A DNA stretch of 46,412 bases, taken from the IMG/VR virus record IMGVR_UViG_3300037467_000541, positions 1 through 46,412 of that record, one strand, 5' to 3'. The notes beneath the pieces are model-generated. The model did not search any database and was not told the DNA's origin. It saw only the letters and a program-made list of their open reading frames with translations. Positions 8,031 through 15,562 of the stretch are shown piece by piece (the stretch's first letter is position 1; each line of letters begins with the position of its first letter). This DNA is from a virus (Duplodnaviria > Caudoviricetes). The translations under genes and the position numbers were made by a program.

Positions 8031-8270
8031 TCAACCGAAGATGTCTTCGAGCTTCGCGATGACCTTCGCGGCGCGGTCGGAGTGCGAGCGGTCGGCGACG
8101 GCGCGGTTGTCGTAGCGGTCGGCCAGCGCTTCGTAGCGAGCGGCACGCGCATTGAGCGCGGCCTGGGTGCGCTTCAGGCGCGCGATCAGGGCCGTCGACT
8201 CCTTGATGGCGACGTCGACGGACATGCGGGACGTGGCGAGCATCGCCCGCTCGATCATGTTGCGGATCAT
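8031..8270 (-). CDS. Hypothetical coiled-coil protein (79 aa)
   Basis: GAGGAG SD; Ala/Arg-rich helix. Confidence 0.7.
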   Translation of the reverse strand: MIRNMIERAMLATSRMSVDVAIKESTALIARLKRTQAALNARAARYEALADRYDNRAVADRSHSDRAAKVIAKLEDIFG

Positions 8271-8293
8271 GTGGTTCTCCTCGGGGATGTGGA

Positions 8294-9148
8294 TCAGGGG
8301 TTGCTACCGATGGCATCCGCTTCGCGGATCGACCGAGGGATTCGGTCTGCCAATCGGCGCTGCGCTTCTCGACCGGCCAGCAGCGACATCACGTCGAGCG
8401 CTGCGTGCGCTTCTTGGTCGATGTGTGCACGGCCGCGCAGGTTGTCGATCAGTTCGGCGACTGACTTGTAGCCGTACGGCTGCACCGTTCCGTTGAGTTC
8501 GGCGAAGAAGTCGTCGTAGAGACCGACGTAGCCGGTGTCATCGTCGACCGGCGCCGGCACGGGCGGCTCGGCGGGCGGCGGGGCGCCACCATCGTCATTG
8601 CCGTCGGTCTTCTTCTCGGGCGCGCGGAAGAACTCGGGCGGGGGCAAGTCGTTGCCCTCGGGGTACGTCTCCGCGAACGCGCGGAGCATCACGAGGTTCG
8701 CCATGAAGTGCCCTACGTGCCGCAAACCGGAGCCGTTGTTGGGCTCGGCGGGATCGTCGATGTACTCGCCGTCGCGGATGATCTTCAGCGCGTGGCGGCC
8801 AGCGCAGGCGAGCGGGATGGACCAGGCCATGCCCTTCGCCCAGTTCCACGCCTTGTACTTGACGCGCTTGCCGTACTCGAACACGCGCGCCGCCTCTTCC
8901 CAGTACGGGGAGAGGATGGTGAGCGCCTGGTCGAGCGCCGGCACCCAGCCCGTGACCTGATAGTTGCCCATCAGGCCGAGCGCTTGCCGCACGGCGATCT
9001 GCTCGCGGCGATCTTGTTCACTCGATGCCGGGCCGGGCGGAAGCGTCGCGGCGATGAAGGCAAGCGGGATCAGCGAGATGTCCGGCTTGCCGTCGTTGTA
9101 GCGAGCGCCGGATCCGCGCTCGTTCGAGTTGACGTCGCCGACGCTCAC
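8294..9148 (-). CDS. dATP/dGTP diphosphohydrolase N-terminal-like (DUF5664) domain protein
   Basis: GARYNDGKPDISLIP...VFEYGKRVKYKAWNWAKGM...AGRH; GTG at 9148 with GAGGA SD. Confidence 0.75.
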   Translation of the reverse strand: MSVGDVNSNERGSGARYNDGKPDISLIPLAFIAATLPPGPASSEQDRREQIAVRQALGLMGNYQVTGWVPALDQALTILSPYWEEAARVFEYGKRVKYKAWNWAKGMAWSIPLACAGRHALKIIRDGEYIDDPAEPNNGSGLRHVGHFMANLVMLRAFAETYPEGNDLPPPEFFRAPEKKTDGNDDGGAPPPAEPPVPAPVDDDTGYVGLYDDFFAELNGTVQPYGYKSVAELIDNLRGRAHIDQEAHAALDVMSLLAGREAQRRLADRIPRSIREADAIGSNP

Positions 9149-9327
9149 GCAAAGATCCTCGACACGAGCCACGCGATGTCGACCAGCAGAGCCGGCACGA
9201 CCCACGGGTACATCTCGCCGACCTTGACGCCGAGCGCGGGATGCTTCGTCGCGTAGTGGCGCGCATAGAGCGCGACGCCGAAGTACGCGAGGAAGGCCCA
9301 CGCCAGGATGTTGATGAACAGGATCAC
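9145..9327 (-). CDS. Small membrane protein (60 aa)
   Basis: Two hydrophobic segments; GAGGAG SD; coupled. Confidence 0.65.
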   Translation of the reverse strand: MILFINILAWAFLAYFGVALYARHYATKHPALGVKVGEMYPWVVPALLVDIAWLVSRIFA

Positions 9328-9485
9328 GGTTTCTCCTCGGGCCCGGACATCGCACGCAGCTCGGCGTCACTGAAGAGCACCCACAGGGGCGCGTCCGGGT
9401 TGTGTTGGCGGGTTTGATAGAGCGCGGCAATGCGCCGCTCGACGAGAGCCAGCGTTGGCTCAAAAGGCTTTGTTGGATTCGTCAC
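9324..9485 (-). CDS. Hypothetical protein (about 53 aa)
   Basis: Fills the gap after the helicase; start codon is a guess. Confidence 0.4.
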   Translation of the reverse strand: MTNPTKPFEPTLALVERRIAALYQTRQHNPDAPLWVLFSDAELRAMSGPEEKP

Positions 9486-11127
9486 CGAAGGGGCCGTCGT
9501 TGTCCTCGTCGTCGAGTTCCACTTCGACGAGGCGCCCCGTGGTTCGGTCGTACTGCAAGCCGAACACGATGCCGTTGCCGTCACCGGTGTTGCGGTCCTT
9601 CAGGATGCGGAACTTTCGCGGCGATCCGATCTTCTGCTTGTCGCCTTCGACTGCGAAGATGAAGTGCGCCCAAAATGCAATCGAGCGCGAACCGCGAAGC
9701 TGGTTCTCTTTCACCCGTCCGCCTTCCTCGTGCGACTTGCCCTCGGGGGTGGTTAGGTGGGAAATGAAGTACAGGCACGAGTCCAGCTCGATCATCAGCG
9801 CGCCGAAGTCCGCCATCATTCGGTCGATGGCCTTACGTTCGTCGTCGCCCATCGTGGCCGCGAGCGCGGTCAGGTTGTCGAGGAAGAAGTGCCGCACCCC
9901 CAGCGCGTGCCGCATGTACCGCATCTTCTCGATGACGGTCTCGTACGTTGCGCCGCCAACGTGGTCGTAGAAGTAGACGCGCCCCTCGAAAGACCGCAGG
10001 GTCTTCTCCAGTTGCGCCTCGTCGTACTCCACACCTGGGACGTGGTAGCGAACGCCGTCGATGACCCCAGCGAGCGTGCGCGCCGAGTGGTGCACCGGCT
10101 CTTCGAGCGCGAACACACCGATGGGATCGGGGTCGTGCTCCAGAACGTGCGCCTGCCACTGCTTGAACACCGTCGTCTTGCCGAGGCCCGTGCCGGCGCC
10201 GAGGGCATACATCTCGGTGAAGCGGCGGCCGTAGGTGTAGCGCTGAAGCGTCGGCCACGGCCAAGTCATCGTCGAGAACTCGACCTTCTTCAGAGCGCGT
10301 GCGAGCACGTTCTCGTCGGTCGCTCCGACGATGCCGTCGGGCCGGTACTCCTTCGCGCCCCACATCGCGTCGATGACGCGCTGGCCCTGCTTGGCGACGT
10401 GCGCCTCGTTCGCGTCCTTGTAGCCCTCGATGTGCGCGACCTTGCACTTCCCCGCAGGAAAGAGCGGAGCGCACGCCTCGACCGCGGCGATGCCGGCCGC
10501 GTCGTTGTCGAACATCAGGACGACTTCATCGAACTTCGTGAGCCAGTCCAGGTTCGCGGCGATGGCCTTGTGGGCGTGCTGCGCGCCGTTCGGGATCGAC
10601 ACGACGGGCCACTTGTTGCCCTGGAGCTGCGACACGGTGAGCGCGTCGATCTCGCCCTCGGTGATGACGATCTTCTTGCCGCCATCGCGGAACAGCCAGC
10701 GGCCGTAGAGCATCTTCGGGACGGCCTTCGAGTCGCCGACGATCATCATTTCCTTGTCGCGGAAACGGATCTTCTGGCCGACCGGCCGCCCCATGTCATC
10801 GCAGTACGTCGCGATGTGCACGTCCTCGACCTTTCGGGTCTTGGGGTGCTTCATGCGGCCGACGGTGTAGCGGAACTTGCGGCAGGTTTCCTCGGTGAGC
10901 GCGCGTGCAGGAAGTGCGGTGTACTCGCCTTCGATCAGGTCCACGGACGCTCGGCTTCTCCCGGAAGGACGCCGATGGGTTCCATCGGGATCCCGCGGGG
11001 ATCGCTCGTAGTAGTCACAGTTCGGCGTGAAGCAGTGCGCGTGACCGTCGTCGTATCGCGCGAGGTTGTCTTGCGAACCGCACTTCGGACACGGCTCGTG
11101 ACCGATGCAAGTCGAGTCTTCAGCCAT
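9460..11127 (-). CDS. gp4: DNA primase/helicase (T7 gp4-like)
   Basis: Zn finger HEPCPKCGS..HCF..C, TOPRIM ITEGEIDAL/MFDND, Walker A GAGTGLGKTT, ISHL, LRGS, acidic tail ending in F. Confidence 0.96.
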   Translation of the reverse strand: MAEDSTCIGHEPCPKCGSQDNLARYDDGHAHCFTPNCDYYERSPRDPDGTHRRPSGRSRASVDLIEGEYTALPARALTEETCRKFRYTVGRMKHPKTRKVEDVHIATYCDDMGRPVGQKIRFRDKEMMIVGDSKAVPKMLYGRWLFRDGGKKIVITEGEIDALTVSQLQGNKWPVVSIPNGAQHAHKAIAANLDWLTKFDEVVLMFDNDAAGIAAVEACAPLFPAGKCKVAHIEGYKDANEAHVAKQGQRVIDAMWGAKEYRPDGIVGATDENVLARALKKVEFSTMTWPWPTLQRYTYGRRFTEMYALGAGTGLGKTTVFKQWQAHVLEHDPDPIGVFALEEPVHHSARTLAGVIDGVRYHVPGVEYDEAQLEKTLRSFEGRVYFYDHVGGATYETVIEKMRYMRHALGVRHFFLDNLTALAATMGDDERKAIDRMMADFGALMIELDSCLYFISHLTTPEGKSHEEGGRVKENQLRGSRSIAFWAHFIFAVEGDKQKIGSPRKFRILKDRNTGDGNGIVFGLQYDRTTGRLVEVELDDEDNDGPFGDESNKAF

Positions 11128-11387
11128 TCGGCCGGGACCTCCAGATGGGTGTTCATGCGGTCGATCCACGCCGCGAACGGCGCGTAGTTGAAGAGCCGGC
11201 GCACGCTGAAGCTGCGAAGCACGGAGATCACGGTGAAGAAGATCCCGATGTTCATCGCCGCGTGCATGGCGTGATGCGAATCCCAGTAGCGCGGCAGGAT
11301 CAGGATGTTCGCCGTGTAGTTGATGCCGAAGCCGACGATGGTGTTGAAGAGGGTCTCCGCGAGGGAGCCCTTGACGGACTGGCTCAC
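10935..11387 (-). CDS. Membrane protein (2 TM), C-terminus overlapping the primase gene
   Basis: SQSVKGSLAETLFNTIVGF...FFTVISVLRSFSVRRLFN, a pattern common in phage membrane proteins; GAGGA SD. Confidence 0.6.
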   Translation of the reverse strand: MSQSVKGSLAETLFNTIVGFGINYTANILILPRYWDSHHAMHAAMNIGIFFTVISVLRSFSVRRLFNYAPFAAWIDRMNTHLEVPAEWLKTRLASVTSRVRSAVRKTTSRDTTTVTRTASRRTVTTTSDPRGIPMEPIGVLPGEAERPWT

Positions 11388-11695
11388 TGGAGCATCCTCG
11401 GCGCTTCGCTGTTGGGGATGTGCACCAGCGGGATGTCGCAGAGTTCGCGGCGGTTGTCGCGCCCGCGGGCCAGCGTGTGCACGCGGCGGCGGTGCTTCTC
11501 GGTGAACGCACCGAACCATTCGGCCCATTCGTCGCGCCACTGCCAGTTCCACGTTCCGTACAGGTGGATCGCGGTCGAGACGAGCACGACGACGGCGAAG
11601 CGCAACAGCACCAGCGGCGTCAGCAGGAGCACGAACGGCAGCCAGGTAAGGCGGCGCTTCGCGAGAAGCGTCGTCAGGTGGTTGAGAAATTTCAT
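11384..11695 (-). CDS. Hypothetical membrane protein (103 aa)
   Basis: GAGGAGG SD; hydrophobic N-terminal half. Confidence 0.65.
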   Translation of the reverse strand: MKFLNHLTTLLAKRRLTWLPFVLLLTPLVLLRFAVVVLVSTAIHLYGTWNWQWRDEWAEWFGAFTEKHRRRVHTLARGRDNRRELCDIPLVHIPNSEAPRMLQ

Positions 11696-11714
11696 CGTGC
11701 CTCCTCGGCTCGGA

Positions 11715-12170
11715 TTACTTCAGGCGCCCTTCGGCGATCTCGTGGCGCACGTCGAAGCTCGGGCATGCCTTGGCGACGTGCGGCATGTCGCGGTGGCCGA
11801 GGACTTCTGCGTGGGGGAACTTCTGGCGGAGGTCTGCGAGCACGCCCTTCAGCGACTCGAACTGCGCCGCAGTGAAGTTGTCCTCGGGAGTCACGCCGTC
11901 TTCTTTGACGCCGCCGACCAGCGCGACGCCGACGGACAGATGGTTGTAGCCAGCGACGTGTGCGCCTTGGCGGTCGAGCGGGCGGCCGGGTTGCACCGTG
12001 CCGTCGCGCTTGATGACGTAGTGGTAGCCCACGTCGAAGAAGCCGCGCTTCAGGTGCATCACGCGAATGTCGTCGACGCCGAAGTCCTGGCTCGCGCGCG
12101 TGGCGGTGCAGTGGACAACGATGAAGGCGACGCGCGACGGCACCAGCGGCTTGAACTGGATGGTGGTCAT
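11715..12170 (-). CDS. gp3.5: N-acetylmuramoyl-L-alanine amidase endolysin (T7 gp3.5-like)
   Basis: IVVHCTAT, DVGYHYVI, GAHVAG.N, GHRD, KACPSFD. Confidence 0.95.
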   Translation of the reverse strand: MTTIQFKPLVPSRVAFIVVHCTATRASQDFGVDDIRVMHLKRGFFDVGYHYVIKRDGTVQPGRPLDRQGAHVAGYNHLSVGVALVGGVKEDGVTPEDNFTAAQFESLKGVLADLRQKFPHAEVLGHRDMPHVAKACPSFDVRHEIAEGRLK

Positions 12171-12583
12171 TCTCGGGTGATCTCGATCTCGATCTTCCCG
12201 ATGGCGCCCCAACGCTTCTTGATGTGGAGGTCGGCGACTTGTGAGTCGTCCTCCCACACTTGAGCGTGAGTCAGTGCATCGAGCACTGCCTTCGCGTAGT
12301 TGTCAGCGTCGGGCTTCGGGTGTGGGAGCTTCGAGGTCTTCGGCTTCTGCGCCGTCACCGCGATGCTCACGGCCAGCGCGCCAACGATGGGCGCCGGGTC
12401 GGAAACTTGGTTGATGATCTGCGCCTGCGCGTCTTCGAGCCAGCGCTTGTACTCGGCCGGGTTGTAGACGGTGGCGATGGGTTTGCCGTGCGCGATGATC
12501 GCGCGGGCACGCGGGCGCGGTGCCGGCATGGGATCCATGTCGAGCACGAAACGCCAGGTTTGCTTGGACGTATCAAACTCCAA
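12167..12583 (-). CDS. rusA: RusA-family Holliday junction resolvase
   Basis: P.PRPR, KPDADNYAKAVLDAL and WEDDSQV motifs. Confidence 0.9.
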   Translation of the reverse strand: MEFDTSKQTWRFVLDMDPMPAPRPRARAIIAHGKPIATVYNPAEYKRWLEDAQAQIINQVSDPAPIVGALAVSIAVTAQKPKTSKLPHPKPDADNYAKAVLDALTHAQVWEDDSQVADLHIKKRWGAIGKIEIEITRE

Positions 12584-12736
12584 GTAGAAGGATCGGGGCA
12601 GCGCAGCGATTTACGGGAACGACCACGCCTTACCTGCTGCTGCCCCTCTCCACCGGCGCGGGCTCACGAGGCTTATTTCGTGTGAGCACTTTCGGCGTCG
12701 TTAGCGCCAACCTTTCCACACCGGGTGCGGCACAAC

Positions 12737-13483
12737 TTAGAAGTTCGGGCCCTTGGATTTGCCACGGGGCGCCGACTCTTCCTCTTCTTCCTCTTCCTGC
12801 TCTTCCTCGTCGGCCTCGTCTTCGCCTTCGTAGCCGTCTTCCTGGCCGAAGCCGTAGGAGCTGGCGTCACGCTGACCGCCGAACGTCACGAGGTCGATGA
12901 CCTGCACGGCATCGAGGTAGAGGGTCACGCCGACGGTGTTCTCCTTCGGCATGTAGTACGGGACCATCGTGGCCGCGAGCTTCAGCGTCGAGCCGCTGCC
13001 GATCTCCGGCGCGTTCTTCAGGGGCTTGCCCTTCGCGTCGAAGATCTTGAGCGTGCGCTCGCGCAGGTTGCCGCGCTTGTCCTTGTACTCGGCGTTCGTC
13101 TTGGCCGAGATGACCAGCTTGCCGGTCTCTTCCTCGGTCTCGTCGTCGACCTCCGGCTTGCCGAAGTCGACCGCCTCGATGGTGGCGAGCTTCTCCTCGA
13201 CCTCCTTCGCCTTGGCGCCCTTCTTCGTGCGCCGCAGCTCGGCCGCTTGCTCTTGCAGCGCCGCCTTGGTCTTCTCCAGGAACGCATCGCGCAGCGTCTC
13301 GGCCGCCTCGATCAGGTTGCCGGGCTTCTTTTCGATCAGCGCATCCGCGGCCGGGTCGACGACCAGCTTCGTGTTGAAGGTGCGCTTGCCCTTGTACTCG
13401 TCAGGGGCGTTGAGCTTCGGCCATACGGCCGTGCCGGCCTGGGTGATGATGTTGAGCGCGTCGCGCTCCTGCTGCTTCGCCAT
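12737..13483 (-). CDS. gp2.5: Single-stranded DNA-binding protein (T7 gp2.5-like)
   Basis: G.AVWPKLNAPD, IFDAKGK, IGSGS, GVTLYLDAVQVIDL; acidic tail ending in F. Confidence 0.92.
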   Translation of the reverse strand: MAKQQERDALNIITQAGTAVWPKLNAPDEYKGKRTFNTKLVVDPAADALIEKKPGNLIEAAETLRDAFLEKTKAALQEQAAELRRTKKGAKAKEVEEKLATIEAVDFGKPEVDDETEEETGKLVISAKTNAEYKDKRGNLRERTLKIFDAKGKPLKNAPEIGSGSTLKLAATMVPYYMPKENTVGVTLYLDAVQVIDLVTFGGQRDASSYGFGQEDGYEGEDEADEEEQEEEEEEESAPRGKSKGPNF

Positions 13484-13860
13484 TACTGCTTCTTGGTGCT
13501 CTTCTCGGGCTTGGGAGCGGCCTGGGTCTTCTCGGCACCCTCGTAGGTGTCGTCCAGCAGCTCGTCGGGGGTTTCCGCCAGGACGACTTCGTGCGTCGTG
13601 CCGTAGGCGGCGTAGACCTTCATGTCCTCCTCGGACGGCGACATGCGGGCCACGAACAGCGGAGTGCGCTGGCTGTATTCCAGCGACACGGGGCCGTTCA
13701 CCAGCACGTTGTAGCCGTGGTAGACATGAGGCTTGCCGTTTTCGTCGACTTCGACGACGACGGCGACGGGCGTGCCGGTCTTGGCGCGCTCGGTGTTGCG
13801 GAGGACTTCGGAGTGGTGCGTGAGGAGGAAGCGGGGCTTCCCTGCGGGCAGGCGGATCAT
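13483..13860 (-). CDS. Hypothetical protein (125 aa)
   Basis: Coupled to both neighbours. Confidence 0.65.
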   Translation of the reverse strand: MIRLPAGKPRFLLTHHSEVLRNTERAKTGTPVAVVVEVDENGKPHVYHGYNVLVNGPVSLEYSQRTPLFVARMSPSEEDMKVYAAYGTTHEVVLAETPDELLDDTYEGAEKTQAAPKPEKSTKKQ

Positions 13861-14033
13861 TCTTCGTAGACCTCGGGGTTGGACGCGCGTTCGAGCGCGA
13901 AGTGGTACTCGGTGGGTGAGAGCTGTTGTCGCGTGCTCTCGCTGACGTACCCATGGGTCTTCAGCTCGAACACCGCGCGCTGCACGGCGTGGTTCATGGT
14001 GAAGTGCGCTCCGCTTGCAGAGGGCGTGGTCAC
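13857..14033 (-). CDS. Hypothetical protein (about 58 aa)
   Basis: AAGGAG SD; GTGA overlap. Confidence 0.55.
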   Translation of the reverse strand: MTTPSASGAHFTMNHAVQRAVFELKTHGYVSESTRQQLSPTEYHFALERASNPEVYEE

Positions 14034-14278
14034 GACGGGTCGGTCTCCTTTGCCGCCTTGATGACGTCGGGCGGTCGGTGGTCGATCCACGAGAGCTGCC
14101 AATCGGCGCCGATCAGCACCATCGAGATCTGCTGGATCCCGTTGGCGAGCAGCTCGCCGATCTTTTCGTGCATGGTCCAGCGGTTGTGCTGGAAGAACGT
14201 CTGCGTGTGGACGTAGCCGTTCTCGGACGTCAGCAGCTCGGTTTCGCGAACGTCAGGGGAGGTCTTCGGGTCGTGCAT
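14030..14278 (-). CDS. Hypothetical protein (82 aa)
   Basis: GAGGAG SD before ATG. Confidence 0.65.
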   Translation of the reverse strand: MHDPKTSPDVRETELLTSENGYVHTQTFFQHNRWTMHEKIGELLANGIQQISMVLIGADWQLSWIDHRPPDVIKAAKETDPS

Positions 14279-14522
14279 GGAACACTCCTCGCTTGCCGGA
14301 GCGTTCCCACGCTGCGCGGTTGGTGAACCGGGTGACGCCGGGTTCCTTCGTCACCACAGGAATGTCGAACGCGACCTCGGGATGGAGGATCGCGCCGAAC
14401 TCGTCACGCTTCTCCGGCGCGAGCACGATGTGCTTGTTCTCCAGCGGCTTGCTGACGTGGACGAAGTATTCGCGCGAGCGGAGGAACTGGCCCATCGAGT
14501 TTCGAGTCGTGCGTGCGTACAT
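14253..14522 (-). CDS. Hypothetical protein (about 89 aa)
   Basis: GAGGGG SD, MYARTTRNS...; coupled to the upstream stop. Confidence 0.55.
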   Translation of the reverse strand: MYARTTRNSMGQFLRSREYFVHVSKPLENKHIVLAPEKRDEFGAILHPEVAFDIPVVTKEPGVTRFTNRAAWERSGKRGVFHARPEDLP

Positions 14523-14779
14523 CACGACCCCCTCGGCGCACGGCGCACGGGCTTCTGGCGCATGATGTTGTGTAGGCTCTTCGGTGCACCGAGCCACAGC
14601 AGACTCTTCAGCCGCTTGTTCTGGATCGGCGCGGTGCGATCAGCGAGTGAGCGGATCATTTCGCGGCGACGACGTTCCGTCTCGCGCTCGAACGCCCGCT
14701 CTTCCGCGGTCATCGCCTTCTTCGGCGCTTCGGCCTTCGTCTCGCGCCGGTCCCGACGCTGGTTGTTCTTCTGGCGCAT
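14522..14779 (-). CDS. Basic hypothetical protein (85 aa)
   Basis: GAGGAG SD; Arg/Lys-rich. Confidence 0.6.
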   Translation of the reverse strand: MRQKNNQRRDRRETKAEAPKKAMTAEERAFERETERRRREMIRSLADRTAPIQNKRLKSLLWLGAPKSLHNIMRQKPVRRAPRGS

Positions 14780-14818
14780 CGTCGTAGTTCTCCTCTCGCG
14801 AATACGGGCAGCGCCGCA

Positions 14819-15100
14819 TCAGCGATTCAGCAGCTCACCGCGCGCGTAGTCGCGGATGGCCTGGATGTGCGTGGTGTAGGGACCCTCGGAATCGCGCAGG
14901 GTGTTTTCGGCGATCTCGATCACGCGGCGCATGTCGAGCCCGAGGGCCTGCGCCATCGCGCACAGGGCAACGGCGGTCGCCGTGACTTGCACGGCGGGGT
15001 CGAGGTACTGGAGCCGGTCGAGCACTCGGAAGGCCGGCCCGCGGATCGCGGCCGGGTGGATCCATCCGAGCTTTCCGGCGACGGTTTCAGGCCGCAGCAT
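14819..15100 (-). CDS. Hypothetical protein (93 aa)
   Basis: GGAGG SD before ATG at 15100; helical globular-looking sequence. Confidence 0.7.
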   Translation of the reverse strand: MLRPETVAGKLGWIHPAAIRGPAFRVLDRLQYLDPAVQVTATAVALCAMAQALGLDMRRVIEIAENTLRDSEGPYTTHIQAIRDYARGELLNR

Positions 15101-15416
15101 TGGCGGCCTCCACTGCGGCGGTCGCCGCCTTCCACGCCTTCGCCCGGCTGTGTGCCAGGCGTGCCCGCACCGGGGCCTTCTTCGCCGCTTCGACACGGCG
15201 GTCGAGGCGGTTCATCGCGCCGATCTTCCGCAGCGCCACGCGGCGCGGACGCTTCACCGCATCGGCCGCCTTGCGCTTCTCGTCCTTCGCCATGCGCCGC
15301 TTCTTGTTGGCTTCGAGCCGACCGCTTGTGGCGTAAGCAGCGAACCGCGCCTTCTTCTTGTTGGCCGCGTTCGCGGTGTTGACCTCTTTCGAGGGCTTGT
15401 CCTTCTTCTTGTCCAT
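15087..15416 (-). CDS. Highly basic protein (109 aa), first gene after RNAP
   Basis: GAGGAG SD; K/R/A-rich, possibly nucleic-acid binding. Confidence 0.65.
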   Translation of the reverse strand: MDKKKDKPSKEVNTANAANKKKARFAAYATSGRLEANKKRRMAKDEKRKAADAVKRPRRVALRKIGAMNRLDRRVEAAKKAPVRARLAHSRAKAWKAATAAVEAANAAA

Positions 15417-15522
15417 CTGACTCTCCTCTCGGTCATTGGCCTACTGGCCCGCCCCGCGGCGCACTGAGGGAGAAGCAGCGCGGCCAGCGGGACGGGTTTT
15501 CGGGCTTCGGTCTTCTGAATTG

Positions 15523-15541
15523 CTCTCCCTGGCCCTAATCG
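15523..15541 (-). promoter_or_regulatory. Putative phage RNAP promoter (middle genes)
   Basis: Exact 19-bp motif directly downstream of the RNAP gene, where T7 class II promoters begin. Confidence 0.75.
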
Positions 15542-15544
15542 AAA

Positions 15545-15560
15545 GTTGCCTACGGGCAAC
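15545..15560. promoter_or_regulatory. Putative operator GTTGCC-N4-GGCAAC
   Basis: Perfect 6-4-6 palindrome abutting the promoter; second copy at 18172-18187. Confidence 0.6.
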
Positions 15561-15562
15561 CT

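Noticed and set aside
8294-9148. 2-aminoadenine (Z) genome pathway
   Set aside because: Only a DUF5664-like gene is present; no PurZ-like or DatZ-like gene is visible.
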